This document shows, piece after piece, positions 54,362-64,000 of a stretch of 64,000 nucleotides of DNA. Location of the stretch: assembly GCA_018384735.1 (NCBI GenBank), contig JAHAXB010000016.1:131510-195509 (forward strand), given 5' to 3'. Position 1 is the first letter of the stretch. The number at the start of each line of letters is the position of its first letter. The stretch comes from Eubacteriales bacterium. Lineage in GTDB: Bacteria; Bacillota; Clostridia; Christensenellales; UBA1242. The notes beneath the pieces were generated by a model. The model did not search any database. It was not told the DNA's origin and saw nothing but the letters and a program-made list of their open reading frames with translations. Both the position numbers and the translations under genes were made by a program.

Positions 54362-55078
54362 TTATAAGCCCCTTTGGCGGTTGACTTCGTACAAAGCAAT
54401 GGCGGTCGCGCTCCCCACATTCAAACTGTTGACTTTACCGTGCATTTGAATGGTTAAAATTCCGTCCACCAATTTACGCGTTAATTGATGGATACCGTTT
54501 CCCTCACTGCCCATCACCAATGCCACAGGTCCTTTCAAATTCACTTTGGAGATTTCGACGCCGCCCAATTCAATGCCGTACACCCAAAAGCCCTTGTCTT
54601 TCAAATGTTGGATTTCTTGGTTAATGTTGACGACCTTACAAATTTGCACATTGGAAGCCGCCCCCTGGCTGACACGCATGGCAGTATCATTAACGGTCAC
54701 GCTGCGATTTTTCGGCAAAATAATACCGTCCACGCCCATGCACTCCGCGGTACGAATAATGTTCCCGAAATTGTGCGGGTCTTCAATGCCGTCCAAAATT
54801 AAAATTAACGGTTGTTTACCTTGTGCGTAAGCGTTATCAACCACTTCTTTCAAATCAAAGTATTGATAGTTCGTCACGTAAGCCACCACGCCTTGATGGT
54901 TTTTGGATTTACTGATTTTATCCAGTGTTATCTTGTCGACCAATTGATAGGTCACGCCGGACGCCTTAATGCGTTCAAATAAGTGTTGGTCACGCATCGT
55001 GGGCGAAACCAAAATTTTTTCGATGGTACCATTTCCATCCAGTGCCTGATTCAGACTGTTACGGCCTTCGATTAACAT
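54362..55078 (-). CDS. rlmB: SpoU/TrmH-family 23S rRNA (guanosine-2'-O)-methyltransferase
   Basis: ILDGIEDPHNFGNIIRTA, LVMGSEGNGI and SLNVGSATAIALYE motifs. N-terminal L30e-like substrate-binding domain. Confidence 0.85.
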   Translation of the reverse strand: MLIEGRNSLNQALDGNGTIEKILVSPTMRDQHLFERIKASGVTYQLVDKITLDKISKSKNHQGVVAYVTNYQYFDLKEVVDNAYAQGKQPLILILDGIEDPHNFGNIIRTAECMGVDGIILPKNRSVTVNDTAMRVSQGAASNVQICKVVNINQEIQHLKDKGFWVYGIELGGVEISKVNLKGPVALVMGSEGNGIHQLTRKLVDGILTIQMHGKVNSLNVGSATAIALYEVNRQRGL

Positions 55079-55485
55079 TAGTATTGAATCTCCTTCATGC
55101 GTGCAATATTTAACGCGCTGTTAATTTTTCCCAAATTTCCGGTCAAATGCCAAAAGCCAATCAACGCTTCTATCGCGGTTGCGCGTTTATAGTTAGCTAA
55201 CGTCGCTGACTTAGGCACATTGTTATTGTGAGCGTTACGCGCGCGTTTCACAATATCCTTTTCAATTTCGGTAAAAGTCGGTTCCAACTGTTGATAAATT
55301 TCACTTTGAAAGTTTGCACATTCGTAACTGGTAGCGATGTTGTGCATCTCGCCGGCCTTACTGTAATTGGCCACGTTTTCCAAAAGTAATACCGCACGAA
55401 TATTATAAGACCACACTGCATCACCGACAAAAGCAAGATACAGCGGATTCAATAAACTGGCGTCTTTTTCTGAAATTAAATTCAT
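55078..55485 (-). CDS. mrnC: Mini-ribonuclease 3
   Basis: 135 aa from ATG 55485. LNPLYLAFVGDAVWS RNase III-like signature, no dsRBD, and conserved position upstream of rlmB. Confidence 0.8.
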   Translation of the reverse strand: MNLISEKDASLLNPLYLAFVGDAVWSYNIRAVLLLENVANYSKAGEMHNIATSYECANFQSEIYQQLEPTFTEIEKDIVKRARNAHNNNVPKSATLANYKRATAIEALIGFWHLTGNLGKINSALNIARMKEIQY

Positions 55486-55507
55486 ACATATAATGATAGC
55501 ATTAAAC

Positions 55508-55930
55508 ATGGAAACTGTACAATTTATTTTACAGCATCGCGGCTTAGTTACCGTCAACCACGAATACACGGTTGAGCTTCAAGCCGGTCAAGCTTTACAG
55601 ATTGATTGGTTTCCGGACAATGACTTGTTGATTTCCACCGCCAACCACAGTGCGTATTATAACGCCTCTAATACGCCCCAGATTGCACCGAACACTTATT
55701 TGATACAAATTATTGACAAAACCGATTTACGCGATTTAGAGGTCAAATTTGACCGCGAGCCGTACCTTGTCGCGGGCAATGTTGTTATCGACCAAGCCAA
55801 GAAAACTTACCTGACCGCAGACAAAATCGACATTATGCCGGACGAAATTGTCGCTGCGCATGGTAACCGCGTAACCCGCGTTTTGTTTAGCGGTGATAAG
55901 GTCGCAACTGAACATTACATCAAAAAATAG
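55508..55930 (+). CDS. Hypothetical protein (140 aa)
   Basis: An ORF only, with no recognisable motif. It fills the gap between mrnC and rubrerythrin. The start could be 55493 or 55508. Confidence 0.4.
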   Translation: METVQFILQHRGLVTVNHEYTVELQAGQALQIDWFPDNDLLISTANHSAYYNASNTPQIAPNTYLIQIIDKTDLRDLEVKFDREPYLVAGNVVIDQAKKTYLTADKIDIMPDEIVAAHGNRVTRVLFSGDKVATEHYIKK

Positions 55931-55932
55931 TT

Positions 55933-56547
55933 TTACCGCGCCACATACTTGGTGTTTGCCATTTTGGCGAGCAAGATTAACTTGACTGAACCGCGCTTGG
56001 CTTTACACAGCGGGCATTCATCCCAAGGTTCGGTTCCGACCGCGCTATAACCGCAGTCCGCGCACACCCAAGTCACCGCCTTGTCTTTTTTGTACAAAGT
56101 TTTATTTTTCATTTGCTCGTACAGTTCGTTAAAAATTGTGCGGTGGTACTCCTCCACTTGTCGGATTTGGAAAAATAACCCAGCAATTTCGGGGAAACCT
56201 TCCTTGTTTGCCGTTGCTGCAAATTGACCATACATTTCGATTTCGTCTTTTTCATCCTGCGCCGCCAAACGCAAATTATCCATCAAATCCCACTTTTCGC
56301 GGAACGGGAACCCCGCCTCAAAACTAATGTTATCAATTTGTTTATCATCGCCATCCTGAATGAACGTGTACAGCATACGCGCGTGGTTAAATTCTTGGTA
56401 CACGATTTCGTCCACCACATCGGCAATGTTTTTGTATTCGTTATAACGCGCCCCATACTCGATAAACTCATAACGCGTGCGCGCCTGACATTCCGACGCA
56501 TACGCCCGCGCCAAATTTTTGTAAGTTTCACTATCTTTTAATTTCAT
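55933..56547 (-). CDS. Rubrerythrin
   Basis: AAGGGG Shine-Dalgarno before ATG 56547. N-terminal ferritin-like diiron domain (ECQARTRYEF..., EFNH, EEYH) and a C-terminal rubredoxin-like CADCGY...CPLC. Confidence 0.85.
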   Translation of the reverse strand: MKLKDSETYKNLARAYASECQARTRYEFIEYGARYNEYKNIADVVDEIVYQEFNHARMLYTFIQDGDDKQIDNISFEAGFPFREKWDLMDNLRLAAQDEKDEIEMYGQFAATANKEGFPEIAGLFFQIRQVEEYHRTIFNELYEQMKNKTLYKKDKAVTWVCADCGYSAVGTEPWDECPLCKAKRGSVKLILLAKMANTKYVAR

Positions 56548-56597
56548 GATTACCCCTTTTAATAAGGTAATTATTGCCAAATTTTACACCGACAAAC

Positions 56598-56627
56598 AAA
56601 AAACCGCTCCAAACGGAACGGTTTTTT
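56598..56627 (-). terminator. Rho-independent terminator after the 5S rRNA gene
   Basis: Minus-strand RNA would fold CCGUUCC-GUUU-GGAGCGG (7 bp, one G.U pair), followed by U6. On the plus strand the same position is a C/A mismatch. Confidence 0.65.
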
Positions 56628-56634
56628 AATGGAA

Positions 56635-56748
56635 CTTGCGTCTACCTAGATTGTCGGGCCGTCTCCAGCCAGATAGTTTCGGCGTTTATGGTCTTAACTG
56701 CTGTGTTCGGAATGGGAACAGGTGTTACCCCATAGCAATAGACGCAAG
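56635..56748 (-). rRNA. rrf: 5S ribosomal RNA
   Basis: The reverse complement reads CTTGCGTCTATTGCTATGGGGTAACACCTGTTCCCATTCCGAACACAGCAGTTAAG...CTAGGTAGACGCAAG, with the conserved CCGAAC loop and a terminal helix I. Confidence 0.9.
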
Positions 56749-56816
56749 TAATGGACGTGAACTTGACAAGCATTCACTGCAAATTGTAAGGCAAAACGTT
56801 CTGTAAACGCTTGCTC

Positions 56817-59740
<2,924 letters not shown>

Positions 59741-59943
59741 AATTTTCTACATGTTTTTGGATTCCTAAGAATTTACAGAATTTGCATGAGTTTTTTTGTT
59801 AATTTAACTCAGCGTAATTGTAGTTTAATGGTTTGAATTAAATACGTATTACACTTATATCATTCAGATATTTGTTTTACTCTTACAATATGCAGTTGTC
59901 AATGTTCACTTACTGCCCACGGTTTCCCGCGAACAATACCCAT

Positions 59944-59972
59944 ATAATAATCTTTATTTATTTCCGTGTCAA
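59944..59972 (-). promoter_or_regulatory. Candidate rRNA promoter (TTGACA-17-TATTAT) about 200 nt upstream of 23S
   Basis: The complement of 59967-59972 is TTGACA and the complement of 59944-59949 is TATTAT, with a 17-nt spacer. A second, weaker TTGACA-17-TAAAAC lies at 59874-59902. Confidence 0.55.
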
Positions 59973-60027
59973 GGGTTTTTTTGAATTTTGTCGAAATTTT
60001 TTTGGGTAATTTTGACCGCCATTTTCC

Positions 60028-60057
60028 TTGCTTTTTCCGCGTTTATCTCCCTATAAT
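60028..60057 (+). promoter_or_regulatory. Candidate gtrA-like gene promoter (TTGCTT-18-TATAAT, -10 is 6 nt from ATG 60064)
   Basis: TTGCTT at 60028-60033 and TATAAT at 60052-60057. Confidence 0.45.
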
Positions 60058-60063
60058 AATAGG

Positions 60064-60591
60064 ATGAGAAAATTGCTCCAAAAATTTACCGAGCAGCACC
60101 CCCGTTTGGCTGAAATTGCCCGCTTTTTAATTGTGGGCGGTTCTGCTACGGTCGTCGACTATTTAGCCATGGGCGTGGTTTTATACCTATTTAATCCTAA
60201 CCTTTATCCGCACTTCTACAATGTTTGGATTGGCAGTGCCAAGCCCTCCACTATTGCCACTGTCGTCGGCACCGGTGTTGGTTTTGTCGCCGGTTTAATT
60301 TTCAACTACATTTTTTCCATCTTGTTTGTTTTCCACGAAAAAGGCGAATCACGCTCCGCCAAGGGGTTTCTACTGTTTAGTTTATTCGCATTCGGTGGAT
60401 TGTGCATCCATTTATTAGGTATGTACCTGGGTTACGACCTGTTGCGCATTAACGAATGGATTATCAAGACTTTCCTAACCTTGGTAGTTTTAGTTTATAA
60501 CTATGTTACCCGCAAGTTATTCATCTTCAAACCCCAAAATTCGACAACAAGCGACAAGAAAATTGGTGATAATCAAGCGTTGCAAAATTAG
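60064..60591 (+). CDS. GtrA-family membrane protein
   Basis: 175 aa with four TM segments. RFLIVGGSATVVDYLAMGVVLY is the typical GtrA signature. Confidence 0.75.
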   Translation: MRKLLQKFTEQHPRLAEIARFLIVGGSATVVDYLAMGVVLYLFNPNLYPHFYNVWIGSAKPSTIATVVGTGVGFVAGLIFNYIFSILFVFHEKGESRSAKGFLLFSLFAFGGLCIHLLGMYLGYDLLRINEWIIKTFLTLVVLVYNYVTRKLFIFKPQNSTTSDKKIGDNQALQN

Positions 60592-60597
60592 AAAAAA

Positions 60598-60626
60598 TTG
60601 ACACCAAACATTGGCTATAATATAAT
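60598..60626 (+). promoter_or_regulatory. Candidate promoter of the GT2 gene (TTGACA-17-TATAAT, -10 is 6 nt from ATG 60633)
   Basis: TTGACA at 60598-60603, 17-nt spacer, TATAAT at 60621-60626. Confidence 0.55.
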
Positions 60627-60632
60627 AAGAGC

Positions 60633-61586
60633 ATGAATAAAAAAGCGCCAGTTTTGTATTTGGTTGTTCCCTGCTTTAACGAAGAAGAAGTTTTACCATC
60701 TTCGGCCGAACAATTAAAAACTAAAATGCAAGCCCTACTTGCTGAACACAAGATTGCCGAAGGCAGTCGCATTCTGTTTGTGGACGATGGTTCTAAGGAT
60801 AACACCTACCAAATCATAACTAACTTACACCAAAACGATGCTTTGTTTGCTTGTGTCAAATTAGCACACAACCGCGGTCAACAAAATGCCCAAATGGCAG
60901 GACTTGATTTCGCCAGAAAATCCGGTGCCGATGCAACCATTACGATTGATGCTGATTTACAAGATGACATTAACGCCATTGACAAAATGGTGGACGAATA
61001 TTTGAACGGTGCCGAAATTGTTTATGGCGTACGTTCTGCACGTAAAAAAGACACCATCTTCAAACGTATGACCGCGCACGCTTTCTATAAGTTAATGTTG
61101 AAAATGGGCGTGGATATTGTTTACGACCATTCCGAATTCCGCTTAATGAGTAAGACCGCGGTCGACGCTTTATTTGAATATCAAGAACGCAACCTTTTCG
61201 TACGTGGCGTTGTACCACAACTGGGTTACAAAACCGCCAAGGTTACTTACCCGCGTCAAGAACGTAAAGCCGGCAAAACCAAGTATTCGGCTTCCAAGTT
61301 ACTTTCCATTGCTTTGAACGGGATTGCTTCGTTTAGTTCTAAACCCTTAACCATGATTTGGTGGTTAGGTTTTTGGATGCACATTTTCAGTTTGGCGGGA
61401 CTAATCACAGCCATCACTTTAATGTACACCATCAACCTGCACTTCATGTGGGCCATCATTGCCGCAGTTGGTTGGTTTACCAGTTTCGTACTCATAGCAT
61501 TGGGCATTATCGGTTTCTACTTGGGCAAGACCTACATTGAAACCAAGCACCGCCCACTTTACAATGTTGAAGAAACCTTGAACTAA
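60633..61586 (+). CDS. Family 2 glycosyltransferase, GtrB/polyprenyl-phosphate glycosyltransferase-like
   Basis: LVVPCFNEEE, VDDGSKDNT and DADLQDD (DXD) motifs, with two C-terminal TM helices as in GtrB/CsbB-type enzymes. Confidence 0.8.
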   Translation: MNKKAPVLYLVVPCFNEEEVLPSSAEQLKTKMQALLAEHKIAEGSRILFVDDGSKDNTYQIITNLHQNDALFACVKLAHNRGQQNAQMAGLDFARKSGADATITIDADLQDDINAIDKMVDEYLNGAEIVYGVRSARKKDTIFKRMTAHAFYKLMLKMGVDIVYDHSEFRLMSKTAVDALFEYQERNLFVRGVVPQLGYKTAKVTYPRQERKAGKTKYSASKLLSIALNGIASFSSKPLTMIWWLGFWMHIFSLAGLITAITLMYTINLHFMWAIIAAVGWFTSFVLIALGIIGFYLGKTYIETKHRPLYNVEETLN

Positions 61587-61643
61587 CATCTGCGCCAAAT
61601 TTAATTTTGCATTGGACTTAAAACATAGTATAACCTATATATT

Positions 61644-63182
61644 ATGACGAACAAGCAAACAACCAAGCCAATTAACCTTTGGGCAGTTTATGGCATCTGC
61701 CTTTTAGTCGCAACAATCTTCTTTTTTATTTTCGGGTTTAACTCCCCCATCTACACTTTTAACTCCGACCACGATTACAACTGGTTTGTTACCGTTGGTC
61801 ACGGTTTAGTTGCGGGCAAACTACCCTATCGCGATTTGTTCGAGCACAAAGGACCACTAGTTTATTTTGTCACCGGCTTTTGTTGTTTGTTCCAACATCC
61901 CAACCTTGTCATGTTGTTCATCGAAATTTTGTGCATGAGTTTGTTCTTCTTCTTTACCTACCGTATCGCCAGCAAGTACCTCAATACTTTTTACAGTTTA
62001 ATTACCATCATCATCTTATCGTTAGCCATTTTCAGTAGTTGGTGCCGTATGCGCAGCGCGGATGCCATTGAAGAGCTGTTCTTACCAATTTACGCCTACT
62101 TCTTACTGTGCTGGTTAGAATACATCATGGAAAAGCGCACCTGGAACTGGGGACGCGCGTTATGCTTGGGCCTGTGCTTCGGCATTACATTGTGGGCTAA
62201 ATTTACTTTGGTTTATTTCATGCTAGTCCCCATGGTTATTTGGTTCATCCTCAGTTTGCGCAACAAACAATTTAAGACTTTAATCATCAACCTGCTACTA
62301 ATGCTTGCGGGTGTCGTAATTATCACAGTACCAATTATCATTTTCTTCGCTACTCAGCACGCACTCGGCGACCTGTTGCGCGTTTATTTACTGGTCAACA
62401 CCCGCAATTACCGCGGTTCTAATCCTTTGGTTTACCTACAAACTTTTGGATTATTCTTTGTCATCGGACCGGTCGCCTTGTTCCTGATTTTGTGGGGCGT
62501 AATTCGTTTCAGCATCAAGCACTGGCACGAGCGCACGGGTTGGTACGTATTAACTGCGTTCTTGATTAACCTGTTACTGTTGACGCTTTCGTCCAAATTG
62601 ATTACCTATTACTTCATCGGCGCTTTCCCCTACGCCATCTTGGGCGCCATTGACCTTTGCGAACTAATCAGCAAGAAACTGCAACCAGTGAAATACCAAC
62701 ACTGGATTTTCGTTGCCGTAACCGCGGTTTGTATTATCTTGTGCATTCCATTGTCACCATTAACTTACGAATGGGGACGCAAAAGCGACTCATATGCACC
62801 ATTGGTCATCGCCGACGTCATTCATGATTACGAAGCAAAAAACGATACTACCGCCACGTTATGGTGTTACAAAATGGCGGACTTCGGCTTTTACAACGCC
62901 GCCGGCATCATTCCGAACAATTACTTCTTCTGCCAAAATCTTTTCAGCGAAGAAGAATACCCCGAAATGTACGAAGAATACCGCCGTTACATCAGCGAAC
63001 AAACCAGTGACTTCATTATCGTGCAGGTCAAGGTCTGGAATGAAGAAAACGACTTCATGTCACAATACTACCAACCGTACAGCTACAACACCGACGGACA
63101 ACCAACCACTTACCGTTACCGCCAACTGCACTATTTCTTCTACCGTAACCACGAATTCATTTTACTCATCAAGAAAAACTAA
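61644..63182 (+). CDS. GT-C-fold polytopic membrane glycosyltransferase (PMT_2/ArnT-like; GtrC-equivalent)
   Basis: 512 aa with about 12 TM segments. The first-loop motif GKLPYRDLFEHKGPLVYF resembles ArnT/PMT-type enzymes. Sits directly after the GtrA- and GtrB-like genes. Confidence 0.6.
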   Translation: MTNKQTTKPINLWAVYGICLLVATIFFFIFGFNSPIYTFNSDHDYNWFVTVGHGLVAGKLPYRDLFEHKGPLVYFVTGFCCLFQHPNLVMLFIEILCMSLFFFFTYRIASKYLNTFYSLITIIILSLAIFSSWCRMRSADAIEELFLPIYAYFLLCWLEYIMEKRTWNWGRALCLGLCFGITLWAKFTLVYFMLVPMVIWFILSLRNKQFKTLIINLLLMLAGVVIITVPIIIFFATQHALGDLLRVYLLVNTRNYRGSNPLVYLQTFGLFFVIGPVALFLILWGVIRFSIKHWHERTGWYVLTAFLINLLLLTLSSKLITYYFIGAFPYAILGAIDLCELISKKLQPVKYQHWIFVAVTAVCIILCIPLSPLTYEWGRKSDSYAPLVIADVIHDYEAKNDTTATLWCYKMADFGFYNAAGIIPNNYFFCQNLFSEEEYPEMYEEYRRYISEQTSDFIIVQVKVWNEENDFMSQYYQPYSYNTDGQPTTYRYRQLHYFFYRNHEFILLIKKN

Positions 63183-63185
63183 CTT

Positions 63186-63749
63186 TCATTTTTGATACTC
63201 GACAATGCGATTGCCGAAAACCAAGTAGCCCCGCTCCGCTAACTGCATCATTGGAATATCACTGCGGGAATCCGAATAAAACGCTGCCAGCTTTGTGTTT
63301 GCACCAAAAGTTTGCTGAAACATTTTGACTTTGTTAACTCCGCAGCAGTTGTCGCCACGAATTACGCCGTTACACGGGTTCATCTCGGTCGCAATCAAAT
63401 ATCTAAGTCCCAACTGATTACACACTGGTTGCAGGAAGAACTTTGGAGTCGCGCTGACAATTACATCATCATCACGCTTTTGTGCCAAATACCACGCCTT
63501 GATTTTTTTGATATGTCCCTGCCAAAATTGCGTAATCAAACTTTCCCTTTTCCATAACCAGCCCAAATAGATGTGGAACAACTGCTTACACCTACGGCGG
63601 TCAATAGCCCGCACTAGATACAATAACCCGATTATGGCTTGGTACGGCAATAACAACGCAATGTACGGACGACGCAGTAAGCAATAAAAGTAGAAGTCGG
63701 CAAAGCAGTTACCTGCATAAATTGTCTTATCAAAATCATATCCTGTCAT
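63186..63749 (-). CDS. HAD-superfamily hydrolase (HAD-IB-like)
   Basis: N-terminal DFDKT (DxDxT) motif I and C-terminal YSDSRSDIPM (motif IV-like). Confidence 0.6.
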   Translation of the reverse strand: MTGYDFDKTIYAGNCFADFYFYCLLRRPYIALLLPYQAIIGLLYLVRAIDRRRCKQLFHIYLGWLWKRESLITQFWQGHIKKIKAWYLAQKRDDDVIVSATPKFFLQPVCNQLGLRYLIATEMNPCNGVIRGDNCCGVNKVKMFQQTFGANTKLAAFYSDSRSDIPMMQLAERGYLVFGNRIVEYQK

Positions 63750-63816
63750 TGATTAAACGCACCTTCTACAGTCCAAATTAACAACATCAGAAATTTTTGT
63801 CAACCGGAACCTTTGG

Positions 63817-63845
63817 TTGACATTCGTCGCAGAACATTGTAATAT
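63817..63845 (+). promoter_or_regulatory. Candidate promoter of the ABC ATPase gene (TTGACA-17-TAATAT), embedded in two inverted repeats
   Basis: TTGACA at 63817-63822, 17-nt spacer, TAATAT at 63840-63845. Confidence 0.55.
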
Positions 63846-63859
63846 GAAACAGGTTTCAT

Positions 63860-64000
63860 ATGTTAGAATTACAAAATATTAGTTACTCCGTGCGCGAAAA
63901 CGGAGTTGAAAAAAACATTCTCAAAAACATTTCCTTAATCATTAACGACCACCAAAATGTCGTGATTACAGGACAAAACGGCAGTGGCAAGTCGACGCTA
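63860..64000 (+). CDS. ABC transporter ATP-binding protein, N-terminal 47 codons (continues past the right edge)
   Basis: Own translation: MLELQNISYSVRENGVEKNILKNISLIINDHQNVVITGQNGSGKSTL, including Walker A. Confidence 0.8.
   Translation, partial: MLELQNISYSVRENGVEKNILKNISLIINDHQNVVITGQNGSGKSTL

Noticed and set aside
59741-60063. Search for a 16S rRNA gene, spacer tRNAs, or any tRNA in the intergenic regions (also 6829-6992, 45051-45178, 56549-56634, 63750-63859).
   Set aside because: No sequence resembling the conserved 16S 3' end or tRNA cloverleaf elements (GTTCGAATC-type T-loops) was seen. These spacers are AT-rich promoter or terminator DNA.

Overview
Compact chromosomal segment that looks like an anaerobic Bacillota-type genome. 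This placement is an inference from the mrnC-rlmB-sigma synteny, the DUF421/DUF4363 pair, a SpoVB/MurJ-type flippase and rubrerythrin. I saw no transposase, integrase, CRISPR array or tRNA gene.

Housekeeping genes: recD2-pheS-pheT, tadA, a Ppx/GppA phosphatase, uvrA, mrnC-rlmB-sigma, and a 23S-5S rRNA operon with no adjacent 16S.

About 45% of the window is two giant minus-strand genes for membrane-anchored surface proteins:
- 6993-27635, about 6,880 aa
- 32166-40649, about 2,827 aa

The smaller giant gene sits directly downstream of an orphan VirD4/TraG-type coupling ATPase (40725-42722). No other type IV secretion or relaxase genes are in the window. The larger one follows a membrane-anchored beta-helix (DUF4097-like) protein, tadA and two CPBP intramembrane proteases. 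I regard this 36-kb block (27.6-42.8 kb plus the 20.6-kb gene) as the best candidate for an undescribed cell-surface or contact system.

Other observations:
- At least 11 genes have a -10 box only 6-8 nt upstream of the start codon (leaderless-type architecture). Both giant genes instead have consensus promoters, long leaders and G-run Shine-Dalgarno sites.
- Two paralogous lipoproteins share a conserved pre-signal extension, and one carries a 21-bp coding tandem repeat.
- UvrA has a truncated insertion domain.
- A short SigH-like sigma factor is present.
- A self-contained 7-codon mini-gene lies between two convergent terminators.

All calls come from reading the sequence and the ORF track. 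No database search was run.
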